In this document: piece after piece, positions 18,670 to 29,371 of the stretch
Numbering within the stretch: the stretch's first letter is position 1
Layout: every line of letters begins with the position of its first letter
DNA from: an uncultured Clostridium sp.
GTDB lineage: Bacteria; Bacillota; Clostridia; TANB77; CAG-508
Length of the DNA: 64,000 nucleotides
Direction: 5' to 3'
NCBI GenBank assembly: GCA_900553945.1
Contig: USFR01000009.1
Span: forward strand, 3,070-67,069
Made by a program: the position numbers and the translations under genes
Notes under the pieces: generated by a model
What the model saw: the letters and a program-made list of their open reading frames with translations, nothing else
The model's database searches: none
What the model was told of the DNA's origin: nothing

Positions 18670-21039
18670 TTATCTTAATTCTGCTTTTATGTCTTTTTCA
18701 AGTCCTGCAATAATTTTATTCATTACTTCATTTATTTCATCATCTGTTAAAGTTCTATCTCCTTTACCAAATGTTAATGCAAATGAAATACTCTTCTTGT
18801 CGTCTTCTATTCCTGTTCCTGTATATACGTCAAATACTTCTGAACTTTCCAGTAATGATCCTGCAAGCTTTTTAATTTTCATTCCAATTTCTTGTGCTGA
18901 CATTTTCTTATCAACTACTATGCTTAAATCCTTTTTGATGTTTGGGAATTTTGAAATTTCTTTATATTTCATTTTTCCAACTCTTTTGCTTAATAATCTA
19001 TCTAAATCAATTTCTAAAACAAATACATCATCTTTTTCAACTTTTGGATGAATCTTTCCTATAATACCTACAATATCATTATTTACAGATATTACAGCAG
19101 ATTGACCTGGATGTAATTCGTCTGGTGTTTTTTCTAAGTTTCTTACAAAGCTGTATCTTCCGTTATATCCAAGATAATCTAAAATTTCTTCTGCTATACC
19201 TTTTATTACATAGAAATCAACTTTCTTTTTGTCTAATCCTAAATAATATTCACCTGACATTAATGCAGCTAATTTTTTAGTTTCTGTGTATTCTTCATCT
19301 TTTTTCTGAAAAGCTTTTCCAATTTCGAATATTGAAACATCTTTATTATTTCTTGCTTTGTTATATTCATAGATTTTGTAAAGAGCTACTGATAAGCTAT
19401 GTCTTAATGTGTTTTTATCTTCTGATAATGGAGCTAATAATTTTACTGTTTCATAATCGTCTTTTGTAAACATCTTGGCGTCTACTTCTGGTACAAGTAC
19501 ATATGATAAAGTTTCATTTAATCCTAAATCAACCATTTTATTTCTAATTTGTCTTGTGCATTTATCGTAGCTTCCCATCTTTGGCAAAATATTAGGCAAT
19601 TTTCCTTTTATATTGTTTACTCCATAAATACGTCCAACTTCTTCAATTAGGTCTTCTTTAATTGATATGTCTAATCTTCTTCTTGGAACACTTACTACGA
19701 TTACTCCATCTTTTACTGTTGCTTTAAATCCTAATCTTCTAAATACATCTAATATTTCTTTTTCTGATATTGTCATTCCTAAAATATTGTTTATATTTTC
19801 GGCTGTAATATTGATAATTTTATCTTCTTTTTCTGTTGTATCGTATTTAGCAATATCTCCTACAACTTCTCCACTTGCATATTTTTCTAATAAGTGGCAT
19901 GCTCTTTCCATTGCCATAAATGTTCTGTTTGGATCTAATCCTTTTTCAAATCTATTGCTTGCTTCGCTTCTTAATATTGCATTTGATGTTCTTCTTACTT
20001 TTACGCTATCAAATATTGCTGATTCAATAATAATGTTTTTAGTTTTATCAGTAATTTCTGTTTCTAATCCACCCATTACTCCGGCTAAACCGATTGCTTT
20101 TTCTCCATCAGAAATAACTATATCTTCTATTTTTAAATCTCTTTCAATTCCATCTAGTGTTGTTAATTTTTCTCCTTCATTTGCCATTCTAACTTCTAAG
20201 CAATCTTTTAGGCAATCTGCATCATAGAAATGCAGTGGTTGACCTGTTTCTAACATTACATAATTGCTTATATCAACAACATTATTTATTGGTCTAATTC
20301 CTGATGCTATTAATCTTGATTTAATAAAATCAGGACTTTCTTTTATTACAACATTTTTTACTTTTTTAGCTAAGAAAATTGAACAATTTTCTGTATTTAC
20401 TTTTACTTTGAAAATATCATTTATATTTTCTTTATTTTCTTTGTGAGATAAATCTATGTCTTTTACTTTTTTATCATATATAGCACCTACTTCATATGCC
20501 ATACCTAATATGCTTAATAGATCTCCTCTATTTGCTGTTAATTCAAAATCAATTACTTGATCATTTAATTTCATATACGCAATTGGATCTTCTCCAATTG
20601 GTGCATCTTTTGGTAATTCGTGTATTCCTGCTTTATCTTCTTCTGTTAAGAATTTGTTGTCTAAACCAAGTTCAGCAATTGAACACATCATTCCATTTGA
20701 AACTTCTCCTCTTATTTTTCCACATTTAATTGTTCCACCTGGTAATTGAGCTCCATCTAATGCAACGATTACTTTAATTCCTTTTCTAGCATTTGGTGCT
20801 CCACAAACAATATCTAGTACTTCTTTTCCTACATTTACTTTGCAACAATGTAAATGGTCTGAATCTGGATGTTCCTTACATTCTACTATTTCACCAATTA
20901 CTAATTTTGTTGCATTTATTAAATTACCAGCTTCGTCATATTCATTTCCTGCATTTGTCATGTCTTCAGCTAATTTCTTTACATCTATATCTTCATCTAA
21001 ATCAACATAGTCTTTTAAAAAATTAATACTTAATTTCAT
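18670..21039 (-). CDS. pheT: Phenylalanine--tRNA ligase beta subunit
   Basis: Start taken at [11 protein letters not shown] (ATG 21039). About 790 aa, with tRNA-binding, B3/4, B5 and FDX-ACB domains recognisable by length and motifs. Confidence 0.95.
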   Translation of the reverse strand: MKLSINFLKDYVDLDEDIDVKKLAEDMTNAGNEYDEAGNLINATKLVIGEIVECKEHPDSDHLHCCKVNVGKEVLDIVCGAPNARKGIKVIVALDGAQLPGGTIKCGKIRGEVSNGMMCSIAELGLDNKFLTEEDKAGIHELPKDAPIGEDPIAYMKLNDQVIDFELTANRGDLLSILGMAYEVGAIYDKKVKDIDLSHKENKENINDIFKVKVNTENCSIFLAKKVKNVVIKESPDFIKSRLIASGIRPINNVVDISNYVMLETGQPLHFYDADCLKDCLEVRMANEGEKLTTLDGIERDLKIEDIVISDGEKAIGLAGVMGGLETEITDKTKNIIIESAIFDSVKVRRTSNAILRSEASNRFEKGLDPNRTFMAMERACHLLEKYASGEVVGDIAKYDTTEKEDKIINITAENINNILGMTISEKEILDVFRRLGFKATVKDGVIVVSVPRRRLDISIKEDLIEEVGRIYGVNNIKGKLPNILPKMGSYDKCTRQIRNKMVDLGLNETLSYVLVPEVDAKMFTKDDYETVKLLAPLSEDKNTLRHSLSVALYKIYEYNKARNNKDVSIFEIGKAFQKKDEEYTETKKLAALMSGEYYLGLDKKKVDFYVIKGIAEEILDYLGYNGRYSFVRNLEKTPDELHPGQSAVISVNNDIVGIIGKIHPKVEKDDVFVLEIDLDRLLSKRVGKMKYKEISKFPNIKKDLSIVVDKKMSAQEIGMKIKKLAGSLLESSEVFDVYTGTGIEDDKKSISFALTFGKGDRTLTDDEINEVMNKIIAGLEKDIKAELR

Positions 21040-22078
21040 TTTCTTCATCCTTTCTATCAAATTGTTTTAAGAATCTAACATCATTTTGATATAGTAATCT
21101 TATATCTGTTATTCCGTATTTAAACATTGCTAATCTGTCTAATCCAACTCCAAATGCAAATCCTGAATATTGGCCAGGATCATATCCGTTCATTCTAAGT
21201 ACATTTGGATGTACAATTCCTGAACCTAATAATTCAATCCATCCAGTTTGCTTACATAAGTTACATCCTTTTCCTCCGCATTTGAAGCATGTAACATCAA
21301 CTTCATATGATGGTTCTGTGAATGGGAAGTAGCTTGGTCTAAATCTTAATTCTGTGTTTTGTCCTAGCATTTTTTTCATAAATACTTCAAGTGTTCCTTT
21401 TAAATCTGCTAGTGATATATTTTTATCAATTACTAAACCTTCAACTTGATTAAATTGATGTGAGTGTGTTGCATCATCTTCTCTTCTAAATGTTTTTCCT
21501 GGCACTATTACTCTAATAGGTGTTTTCTCCTCATTTGCCATCATTGTTCTAGCTTGAACTGCTGATGTTTGCGTTCTTAATAAATATTCTGGTGTGATGT
21601 AGAAGCTATCTTGCATATCTCTTGCTGGATGTCCTTTGGGAAGATTTAATCTCTCAAAACAATATTCGTCTGTTTCTAGCTCTGGTCCTGAAACAACATC
21701 ATATCCCATTGATACAAACAAATCTTCAACTTCTTCTATTACTCTATTTAGAGGATGTTTACTGCCTCTTTTAATTTTTTGACTTGGTAATGTTATATCA
21801 ATTTCTTCTCTTTCTAACTTTTCTTGTAATTCTTTTTCAGCTAATTCTTTTTCTTTTTCTTGAATTTCGTTTTCAATTTCTTGTTTTGCTGAATTTACTA
21901 AAGCTCCCATCTTTGGTCTTTCTTCTAGTGATAAGCTTCCCATTCCTCTTAAAAGTCCTGTTAGCTCACCTTTTTTTCCTAAATATTTTACTCTTAAATC
22001 ATTTAATTCTTTTGAACTTTTTGAATTTGCAAGTTCTTCTAGTGCTTGTTTTTTTAAATTTTCGATTTCTTCTTTCAA
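21023..22078 (-). CDS. pheS: Phenylalanine--tRNA ligase alpha subunit
   Basis: 351 aa with a TTG start. [24 protein letters not shown] and [11 protein letters not shown] are class II motifs. Confidence 0.95.
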   Translation of the reverse strand: MKEEIENLKKQALEELANSKSSKELNDLRVKYLGKKGELTGLLRGMGSLSLEERPKMGALVNSAKQEIENEIQEKEKELAEKELQEKLEREEIDITLPSQKIKRGSKHPLNRVIEEVEDLFVSMGYDVVSGPELETDEYCFERLNLPKGHPARDMQDSFYITPEYLLRTQTSAVQARTMMANEEKTPIRVIVPGKTFRREDDATHSHQFNQVEGLVIDKNISLADLKGTLEVFMKKMLGQNTELRFRPSYFPFTEPSYEVDVTCFKCGGKGCNLCKQTGWIELLGSGIVHPNVLRMNGYDPGQYSGFAFGVGLDRLAMFKYGITDIRLLYQNDVRFLKQFDRKDEENEIKY

Positions 22079-22164
22079 AATATTTACCTCCCTTTATTTT
22101 TTAATAACGAATATTAATAATTTTTAAATTTTTTCATTGTATATAGTTCATAGAACTTTTCTAT

Positions 22165-22447
22165 AATACAAAAAAGCACTTCATCCTGTTATAGGACGAA
22201 ATGCTTATACATACCGTGGTACCACCTAAATTTATTAATCTAAACTTAACCTTATTATTGCTGTAACGTAGCAAACGTCTATACTTTTGATATAGCGTCT
22301 CCAAAGTGAATATTCAATTTAGAATATATAATAAGCTCTCAGCTAATGCTTATTTTCTCTTTCTATATTTTCTCTAAATCTACTTAGCTTCTTCTTAGAC
22401 TTTAAACTTATGTTTATTATTGTAACACCATTATTACAATTTTTCAA
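22165..22447 (-). promoter_or_regulatory. T-box leader (with promoter and terminator) controlling pheST
   Basis: All on the minus strand. Promoter is TTGAAA, 17 nt, TACAAT (22447-22419). T-box sequence is AAATTTAGGTGGTACCACGG (plus 22214-22226 = ccgtggtaccacc). Terminator is aagcatttcgtcc...ggatgaagtgctttttt (22170-22206). A candidate UUC specifier lies in aatattcac. Confidence 0.8.
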
Positions 22448-22453
22448 GCTCTT

Positions 22454-22540
22454 TTAGCTAATATTAGAAATTATCCAATTCCCATTGTTTTGAACAAACT
22501 CAACTTTCATAGTTTTCTCTTCATTTTTATCTTCTGCCAT
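22454..22540 (-). CDS. Possible 28-aa micro-ORF
   Basis: MAEDKNEEKTMKVEFVQNNGNWIISNIS behind a strong RBS (ggaggag, 4 nt spacer). It lies directly after the coiled-coil gene. Support is from RBS and position only. Confidence 0.3.
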   Translation of the reverse strand: MAEDKNEEKTMKVEFVQNNGNWIISNIS

Positions 22541-22551
22541 ATTCTCCTCCA

Positions 22552-23358
22552 CTAATCCTTAGTAGTAATTTTCTCTAGTGTTTTGGCTATATTTTCTTTC
22601 ACATATTCATCTTTTATTTTTATTTCAATCTTATTTTTCTCATATTCATCTATTCGCTTTTTTAAATTGTTAAATACATTTCGTTGTATTTGCTTTGTTG
22701 GATTTAATTTTCCTAAGAAAAATCTTGTTGCTTTATTAAATATCTTTGGCCCTTTTATACTTTCTTTTTGTATTCCTTTTTCTCTAGTTTCAAAAAGGGA
22801 TGTTAATTCATCCTCTTTTTGAAGTATTCTTTTTTTGATTGTTGTTTTTGTTCTTCTTATTTTTTGTTCACTCTTAGCTATTTCTTCTTCCATATCATAA
22901 ATTTTTTCACTTATCTGATCATCGCTATTGTCTACTCTTTCTCTAGCTAAATTTTCTTCTTGTTTAGCATAAAACAACTTGGCAAGTATTTTCTTTTGTT
23001 TTAATTCTTCTTCTAAAATTTTAATATATCCCATTACAATCTGTGAATCATGATACTGTGCAAGTTCTGTTAAATCATTTTCATATTTCTTCATGATTTC
23101 CTGATATTCTTTTTCCACTTCTGTATATTTATCTATGTTTTCAATTACTTTTTTGTTAATTTTTATTATTCCATATGAAATTGCTGCATTTTCATTTTTC
23201 ACTTTTTTGTCTATGATTTCTTGACTTTTCTTGTATTGAATTGCAGCAGAAATAATCGTTTGATCTTTTGTTAGTTTTTCAAGTTTTTTACAAAGATTAT
23301 CTAATCTTTGATTTTCTACTTTTTCCATATTCTCCACAATACTAAAAAGTCCTTTCAT
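22552..23358 (-). CDS. Hypothetical coiled-coil protein
   Basis: 268 aa, K/E-rich with heptad-like repeats. No motif recognised. Confidence 0.55.
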   Translation of the reverse strand: MKGLFSIVENMEKVENQRLDNLCKKLEKLTKDQTIISAAIQYKKSQEIIDKKVKNENAAISYGIIKINKKVIENIDKYTEVEKEYQEIMKKYENDLTELAQYHDSQIVMGYIKILEEELKQKKILAKLFYAKQEENLARERVDNSDDQISEKIYDMEEEIAKSEQKIRRTKTTIKKRILQKEDELTSLFETREKGIQKESIKGPKIFNKATRFFLGKLNPTKQIQRNVFNNLKKRIDEYEKNKIEIKIKDEYVKENIAKTLEKITTKD

Positions 23359-23492
23359 TTTAATTTTTTTATTTCTTTTTTTATTTTGTTTTTTTCTTTT
23401 TCTACTTTTTCTAATAAAGCTTCTAGTTCTTCCATATTCATTAAATCTAAATTAAATACTTTTTTGTTAACTGCAATTGTTCCTAATCCCAT
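23355..23492 (-). CDS. Possible 45-aa helical micro-protein, coupled to the coiled-coil gene
   Basis: MGLGTIAVNKKVFNLDLMNMEELEALLEKVEKEKNKIKKEIKKLK. RBS aggagga lies 5 nt upstream, and its TGA overlaps the downstream ATG (ATGA). Confidence 0.4.
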   Translation of the reverse strand: MGLGTIAVNKKVFNLDLMNMEELEALLEKVEKEKNKIKKEIKKLK

Positions 23493-23554
23493 TTTTCCTC
23501 CTATCGTAATTTAAGCGGACTCAATTTTATATAAGTCCGCTCTTTCTTTGGATT

Positions 23555-24631
23555 CTAGATATTTATTTCTTTTTTCTCTGTTCCATTTATTTTTACTCTA
23601 TATATTGTATAGTAATAAGGTGAATCTTCTACTTTGTCTGTATAATATATCCATTTTCCAACTACTGCAATTATTACATTTGCACTTGATAAATCTGTAA
23701 CTTTTTCTATTTTCTTTCCATTTATTTTTTTCTTATATATTGCTTGCTCTGATTCTTCATTTACTGCATAATATATCGTTTTTTCATAAATGTTAAATGT
23801 CTTTATTTTTCTTTCAATTACCTCTTTATCTGTATTATCTTTTAAATTCAATTTCATTAAATATTGATTAGCTTTACTTATATAATATACATCATTTCCA
23901 ACGATTTGGAATGAATCAATTCCGTTTTCTATTTTTTCTATTGATGAACCATTCTTTTTCATTCTCTTAAATTCATCATCTTTTGTTGTATAGTATATAT
24001 ATTTTCCTGAGATTTGAAAATATGAAATTTCTTCATCAGCTACTGGTTGTCTCTTTTGGTCTTTTATTCTAACTTTTTCAAGTTTATTATCTGAGTTTAA
24101 AAAATAAATCCATCCGTCACTTACATTTAAAGCATCATTTCCAATTGAAGATGTTTCAATATTATCAACTAAAATTTCTTTTTTTTCTCCATTTGGTTTT
24201 ATTTTAACTACTTGTCTAATGTAGTTTCCTGTTTTTGATGGGTTAATTGCTAAGTAATATAAATTACCTTTATACATATTAATTGATTTTACATATTCAT
24301 TTTCATCAATTAATGTTGCCCCTCCTTTAGAATTTATTTCATATACACCATTTTTCCCTGAATCAGGATCTGTGATTATTGTACTACTTACATACGTTTT
24401 TTTACCTTTTCCAACTGCAAATCCAGAGTTTCTTAAATTTCCCGTAACTTTTCCTGCACTACCAACTGTTTGTCCTAAAATAATTGATGATATAATTGTT
24501 ATTACAATTAAAGCAATTATTATTATCGTAACTATGCTAAGTACTTTCTTTTTTTGGTCATCCAATGTACTAAATTTTTCTGAAACTTTTTTTAGAAATT
24601 CGAATTTTTCTTTTTTCTCTTCCATTTTCAA
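23555..24631 (-). CDS. DUF5050-like beta-propeller protein with N-terminal membrane anchor
   Basis: 358 aa. One TM helix, then repeated units of the type G.IYY....D...L.K...DG..K..I (IYYLA, IYFLN, IYYTT, VYYIS, IYYAV, IYYTD). Confidence 0.65.
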   Translation of the reverse strand: MKMEEKKEKFEFLKKVSEKFSTLDDQKKKVLSIVTIIIIALIVITIISSIILGQTVGSAGKVTGNLRNSGFAVGKGKKTYVSSTIITDPDSGKNGVYEINSKGGATLIDENEYVKSINMYKGNLYYLAINPSKTGNYIRQVVKIKPNGEKKEILVDNIETSSIGNDALNVSDGWIYFLNSDNKLEKVRIKDQKRQPVADEEISYFQISGKYIYYTTKDDEFKRMKKNGSSIEKIENGIDSFQIVGNDVYYISKANQYLMKLNLKDNTDKEVIERKIKTFNIYEKTIYYAVNEESEQAIYKKKINGKKIEKVTDLSSANVIIAVVGKWIYYTDKVEDSPYYYTIYRVKINGTEKKEINI

Positions 24632-24700
24632 TCCCTCTCTTTTTCTTTTGCATATTAATATTATATATTTAACTTAAAAACAATGTCAATTAAAATCTAA

Positions 24701-25747
24701 TTATTTTAAGTATAATACTACTCTAAAACCTACATCTAGATTTGATCCATCTGATGTTTCTGCTCTTGAAGAGATTGGATACTTGTCACCATCATTCCAA
24801 TGTCCTCCGCCTCTACCTACGTGATATTTTTCGTGTTCTCCACTCTCTTCTGTTGTGTATTCCCAAACATTTCCTGCCATATCATATATATTATTAGTTT
24901 GCCATCTTTCGTTACTAGCTGTCTCAACAACTTTTCTAAGTCCATTTGGACTATTTTGATAATTTCCATATTCAACTGAATCGTCAATATTAGTTCCAGT
25001 TTGTCTTAGCCAATTGCATACTGTATCCCAGGCATAACTATTAACTAAATCTGTTTGAAAGCAATTATTTTCATCATACATTTCTTGTGATGCCTTTCTT
25101 GCTTCATCCCATACAATTTGAGTCCAAGGTAATATTCCCGCTTTTGAAACTGCTTTGTTTTGACCATTTATACTTTCTTTTCCTGCTTCATATCTTGCTA
25201 TATAAAATCCTTTGTAATTTCTTATCGAATCATCAAATTCTTCATTATATGCATTTATATCTCTTAAGCTATATTCTTCTAATGTTGCCTCTTCTTCCTT
25301 TTTAGTTTTCTTATCATCTGTTTCCCCATTATTGGCAAATAATTGTCTATAGTAAGAATTATAATCCGAAACTGGTACCCATACAAATTGATTCCCCTCT
25401 TCATCTTCTATAACAGCTCCACTATCTGAATTTCCAGTTACATATTTAAATTTTGGTGGAATCGGAATTGTGTTTTCATCTTCTGTTCTTGCATATGTAT
25501 TTCCTTCATTTTCATCTGGTTTTGGGCTTGCTACTACTGTATTGTCTTCTGTATTGGTAACTTGATTTTTGTTTTCTATTGTATTATCTTCTGTTGTACT
25601 ATTCTCGTTACCTCTGCTCATTGTTGTTCCATTATATACCCTAGTTTCTTTTCGTCCATTTAGTACTATAATTCCTGCTAGTAATAATATTACTAATGCT
25701 GTAAGTGAGCCAATAGTAATAATAAATACTTTTTTTCTCATATTCAT
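24701..25747 (-). CDS. Membrane-anchored formylglycine-generating-enzyme (SUMF1/FGE-sulfatase) domain protein
   Basis: 348 aa. TM anchor and low-complexity linker, then GFYIARYE, AGNVWEYT, GRGGGHWNDG and GFRVVL motifs of the FGE-sulfatase fold. Confidence 0.75.
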   Translation of the reverse strand: MNMRKKVFIITIGSLTALVILLLAGIIVLNGRKETRVYNGTTMSRGNENSTTEDNTIENKNQVTNTEDNTVVASPKPDENEGNTYARTEDENTIPIPPKFKYVTGNSDSGAVIEDEEGNQFVWVPVSDYNSYYRQLFANNGETDDKKTKKEEEATLEEYSLRDINAYNEEFDDSIRNYKGFYIARYEAGKESINGQNKAVSKAGILPWTQIVWDEARKASQEMYDENNCFQTDLVNSYAWDTVCNWLRQTGTNIDDSVEYGNYQNSPNGLRKVVETASNERWQTNNIYDMAGNVWEYTTEESGEHEKYHVGRGGGHWNDGDKYPISSRAETSDGSNLDVGFRVVLYLK

Positions 25748-25775
25748 ATTAGTTCTTATGATCCTTTCAAATATA

Positions 25776-26124
25776 TGGTGGAGATGAGGAGAGTCGAACT
25801 CCTGTCCAGAATTTCATCCATATAAACTTCTCCGAGTGCAGTTTGTTATTATTTCTCATTCTAAAAAAGTTAACAAACAAACTTGTTTAGAACATATCTT
25901 CTAAAATCCCTTTATTACCGAAGAAATAATAAATTCGTTTCCTACTAATCGGCGCCTTATCTAAAGCCGTAGGTTGCTAAAGTAAGACGTTGCTGCAATT
26001 AGGCAGCAAATGCTAATTCGTTATTATCAGCGTTTATTTTTAATTTGTACCTTTTTAGGTGGCCAGGTACGTCCACCACTCGCTATCTATACTTCAAAAA
26101 AGCTGTCGAAACCTTTACATCCCC
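25776..26124 (-). ncRNA. ssrA: tmRNA (SsrA)
   Basis: On the minus strand the 5' end is GGGGATGTAAAGGTTTCGACAGC and the 3' end is CAGGAGTTCGACTCTCCTCATCTCCACCA. The internal tag frame GCT GAT AAT AAC GAA TTA GCA TTT GCT GCC TAA encodes ADNNELAFAA. Confidence 0.93.
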
Positions 26125-26193
26125 ATAGTACTTTTTTATTATATCATTATTGCTCTAGTTTATACAATATTTAAATCTTTTTTTTACAAAATT

Positions 26194-26691
26194 TTAATCA
26201 AAATAACTACTTATCTTTTCTAAACCTCCAAAATTTTGTTGTTTAAATATTTCATATGCTACTATTGCAACAGAATTTGATAAGTTTAAAGATCTTATTG
26301 TTTCTCTCATTGGTATTCTTATTGTTTGATCTAAATGTGTTTTCAAAACATCTTCTGGTAGTCCTTTTGTTTCTTTTCCAAATAATATATAAACATCTTC
26401 CATTTCAGAATAATCAACATCTGAATAAACATGTTTTCCTTTTGTTGTTACAAAAAACATATTGTTTTCTTCTGGTTTGTATTTATTTAAAAATTCTTTG
26501 AAATTTGTGTGTTCTTCTATTTCTAGCTTGTTCCAGTAATCTAGTCCTGCTCTTTTCACTTGTTTTTCTGAAATATTAAATCCTAGTGGGTATACTAGAT
26601 GTAATTTTGCTCCTATTGCTGCACAAGTTCTAGCGATATTTCCTGTATTTTGTGGTATCTCTGGTTCTACCAATACTATATGCATTTTCAT
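26194..26691 (-). CDS. trmL: tRNA (cytidine/uridine-34 2'-O)-methyltransferase, SpoU/TrmL type
   Basis: 165 aa. HIVLVEPEIPQNTGNIARTCAA and LNLSNSVAIVAYE are SPOUT motifs at TrmL size. Confidence 0.85.
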   Translation of the reverse strand: MKMHIVLVEPEIPQNTGNIARTCAAIGAKLHLVYPLGFNISEKQVKRAGLDYWNKLEIEEHTNFKEFLNKYKPEENNMFFVTTKGKHVYSDVDYSEMEDVYILFGKETKGLPEDVLKTHLDQTIRIPMRETIRSLNLSNSVAIVAYEIFKQQNFGGLEKISSYFD

Positions 26692-26843
26692 TTTTCTTTT
26701 TCTCCTTTTATTTATGATTTTATATTTTATTATTTTTACGTTTTAAAATCAAGTTTTTAAATTTTTTTGTTTTAATTTTTCTAGTGTTTTCAAGGCTTAT
26801 AAGAATTCAAATTTATTTTTTTGAATTTTTTTAAAATTTTGTA

Positions 26844-26873
26844 TTGACAAAGTAAAGTTTAACGTTGTATAAT
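26844..26873 (+). promoter_or_regulatory. Sigma-A promoter for tRNA-Leu
   Basis: TTGACA (26844-26849), an 18-nt spacer, then TATAAT (26868-26873). It lies about 20 nt upstream of the tRNA 5' end. Confidence 0.55.
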
Positions 26874-26893
26874 ATCACTTGTCAGCAGGACAT

Positions 26894-26982
26894 GCAGGTG
26901 TGGCGGAATTGGCAGACGCACAGGACTTAAAATCCTGCGGGACCTAAATCCCGTATCGGTTCGACTCCGATCACCTGCACCA
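26894..26982 (+). tRNA. tRNA-Leu (anticodon UAA), CCA encoded
   Basis: The acceptor stem gcaggtg/cacctgc, the anticodon loop cttaaaa, a long variable arm and the T-loop ggttcgactcc are all present. It ends in acca. Confidence 0.93.
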
Positions 26983-27014
26983 AAAGAGATGATGTTTAAT
27001 TCATCTCTTTTTTT
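26983..27014 (+). terminator. Terminator after tRNA-Leu
   Basis: Stem agagatga/tcatctct followed by a T-run. Confidence 0.7.
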
Positions 27015-27162
27015 ATTATCTTAATCATCACTATAGCCAACTATGCAGTAGAAAAAATTAAAGTAGCTATAAAATAACTACATATTTCGTTTCATTTTCG
27101 AAAAAAGAGCGACCCAAAGTGGGTTGCTCTTTTTCAATTAAAAAATCTTTTGTTAATAAAAT

Positions 27163-27190
27163 TAAAAGAGTGCACAAAAAGGCACTCTTT
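27163..27190 (-). terminator. Terminator after spoVG
   Basis: Stem agagtgc/gcactct directly downstream of the spoVG stop. A second hairpin lies at 27100-27135. Confidence 0.55.
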
Positions 27191-27197
27191 GTATTTA

Positions 27198-27473
27198 TTA
27201 TTCTTCTGCTGATTCTGTTTCTGGAGCTTCATAAGCTTCTAAAATAGCTTTTTGAATTTTTTCTCTAGTTTCAGCATTGATTGGATGAGCTATATCTTTG
27301 AACTCTCCACTATTTGGGATTTTTCTGCTAGGCATAGCAATGAATAATCCATTTTGTGATTCGATAACTTTGATATCGTGAACTGCGAATTCGTTATCGA
27401 ATGTTACAGAAGCAACAGCTTTCATTCTGTTTTCTGAATTTACTTTTCTTAAACGTACATCTGTTATTTGCAT
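27198..27473 (-). CDS. spoVG: Septation/sporulation regulator SpoVG
   Basis: 91 aa. [11 protein letters not shown]....[33 protein letters not shown] is near-invariant SpoVG sequence. Confidence 0.95.
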   Translation of the reverse strand: MQITDVRLRKVNSENRMKAVASVTFDNEFAVHDIKVIESQNGLFIAMPSRKIPNSGEFKDIAHPINAETREKIQKAILEAYEAPETESAEE

Positions 27474-27783
27474 TTGAGCACCCCTTCCAATGTTTTTAAA
27501 AATTATACATACATTATATATTATTACATATGTACAATTATTATATTCGCCAAAAAAGTTTTTTTTCCTTCTTTTAATTACATCATTTTTTATATTTTTT
27601 TATCACGATTATTTTTATTACACATATTATGTATAAATCAATAAATTTAGTTGAAATTTTCTAGAAAACATTATATAATTTGTTATGCTAAAAAATAAAA
27701 ACGGAATTAATATTACTAGAACTAATTTTTTCAATTCTCCGTTTTTAGCATGTGAATGATTTCTTACTAAAGGAAGGGTTAAA

Positions 27784-29169
27784 ATGAGAGTTAGAATTAA
27801 TAATTTAGAAAATTATAAACATATTCATTTAATTGGCGTTGGTGGTGTTAGTATGAGTGCCATTGCTGAAACATTACATTCTTGGGGATTTAATGTTACT
27901 GGCTCAGATACCGCTAAAAGTCCATATACTGATAAACTAATTAAATCTGGTATAAAAGTTACTATTGGTCATGATTTAACTAATCCTAAAAATTCAGATT
28001 TAATTATTTATTCAGCTGCTATTAAGGATACAGATCCTGAAATAGTTCTTGCTAAACAATTCAATATTCCATTAGTTACACGTGGTGAATTCGTTGGATT
28101 TTTAACAAGAAAATATGAAGAAAGTATTTGTGTTTCTGGAACACATGGAAAAACAACTACTACTTCAATGATTTCATTATGTTTCTTAGAAGCAAATTTG
28201 GATCCTACAATTCAAGTTGGTGCTATGCTAAAACAAATTGATGGAAATTATACTGTTGGAAAAAGCGATTATTTTATATTAGAAGCTTGTGAATACATGG
28301 AAAACTTTTTACGTTTTTCACCAAAAGCAGAAGTTATTTTAAATATTGATAATGATCATTTAGATTATTTTAAAACTTTTGATAACATAAAAAATGCTTT
28401 TGAAAAATATGCTAGATTAATTCCTGAAGATGGTGTTCTAGTTACTAATGCTGATGATCCATCATGTCTTGCATTAAAAGATGCTGTAAAAGGTAAATTC
28501 ATTACATACGGAATTCAAAATACTTGTGCTAATTATGTTGCAAAAAATATTAGACATAATGCTCTTGGATATTCTGAATTTGATGTATTTTGTAGTGGAA
28601 AGTTTTATATGCATGTTAGATTATCTGTTGCAGGACGTCATAATGTATCAAATGCGTTAGCTTGTATTGCTCTTTGCTCTTACTATGGAATTAATAAAAA
28701 TGTAATTTACTCAGCACTTCTTAAATTTACAGGTGCTAGTCGTCGTTTAGAATATGTTGGATCTTATCATGGTGTTTCAATTTATGATGACTATGGACAT
28801 CATCCGACTGAAATTGTTGCAACAGCTAAAGCAATTGCAGATAAAGAATTTAGAGAATCATGGGTTATTTTCCAACCTCACACATATAGTAGAACTAAAA
28901 ATCTTTTAGATGATTTTGCTCGTGCACTTCTTTCTTTTGATCATGTTATTGTTACAGATATTTATGCTGCACGTGAACAAAATATTTATGATATTTCTTC
29001 TTTAGATTTAGTTAATAAAATTAAAGAATATAATAAAGAAGCTTTATATATGAAAGATTTTGATGAAATTGTTTCTTACATAAGAGCAAATGCTAAAGCC
29101 AACGATTTAGTGTTAACTCTTGGAGCTGGAACAGTTACAAATATCGGACCAGAAATTTTAAAAGCATAA
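27784..29169 (+). CDS. murC: UDP-N-acetylmuramate--L-alanine ligase
   Basis: 461 aa. HLIGVGGVSMSAIA, GTHGKTTTTSM and DDYGHHPTEI are MurC motifs. Confidence 0.93.
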   Translation: MRVRINNLENYKHIHLIGVGGVSMSAIAETLHSWGFNVTGSDTAKSPYTDKLIKSGIKVTIGHDLTNPKNSDLIIYSAAIKDTDPEIVLAKQFNIPLVTRGEFVGFLTRKYEESICVSGTHGKTTTTSMISLCFLEANLDPTIQVGAMLKQIDGNYTVGKSDYFILEACEYMENFLRFSPKAEVILNIDNDHLDYFKTFDNIKNAFEKYARLIPEDGVLVTNADDPSCLALKDAVKGKFITYGIQNTCANYVAKNIRHNALGYSEFDVFCSGKFYMHVRLSVAGRHNVSNALACIALCSYYGINKNVIYSALLKFTGASRRLEYVGSYHGVSIYDDYGHHPTEIVATAKAIADKEFRESWVIFQPHTYSRTKNLLDDFARALLSFDHVIVTDIYAAREQNIYDISSLDLVNKIKEYNKEALYMKDFDEIVSYIRANAKANDLVLTLGAGTVTNIGPEILKA

Positions 29170-29254
29170 AATTAATTTTATTTTTACTACAAACTTTAAG
29201 AATTAAATCAAGTTTAGTTCTTAAGCATATTCATAAAAAATATGTATCTTTTAT

Positions 29255-29288
29255 AAAAATCCTATTAAATAAAATTAATAGGATTTTT
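29255..29288. terminator. Bidirectional terminator between murC and spoIVB
   Basis: aaaaatcctatta/taataggattttt stem flanked by an A-run and a T-run. Confidence 0.65.
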
Positions 29289-29371
29289 ATCATTCTAAAA
29301 TATCTTGTGTAAACTTTATAACATTTTCAGTATATTACATATCTACTTGAAATTTGCTTTATATAGCTATA

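Noticed and set aside
21023-21060. 38-nt overlap between pheS and the track version of pheT, a possible frameshift or fusion
   Set aside because: The overlap disappears or shrinks if pheT starts at the internal Met of [11 protein letters not shown] (21039), the conserved PheT N-terminus. Nothing needs explaining.
25941-26010. tmRNA tag ending AFAA rather than the more common LAA as a notable deviation
   Set aside because: Tag sequences vary among Firmicutes, and the terminal AA needed for protease recognition is retained. The choice of resume codon is also my inference, so I do not consider it remarkable.
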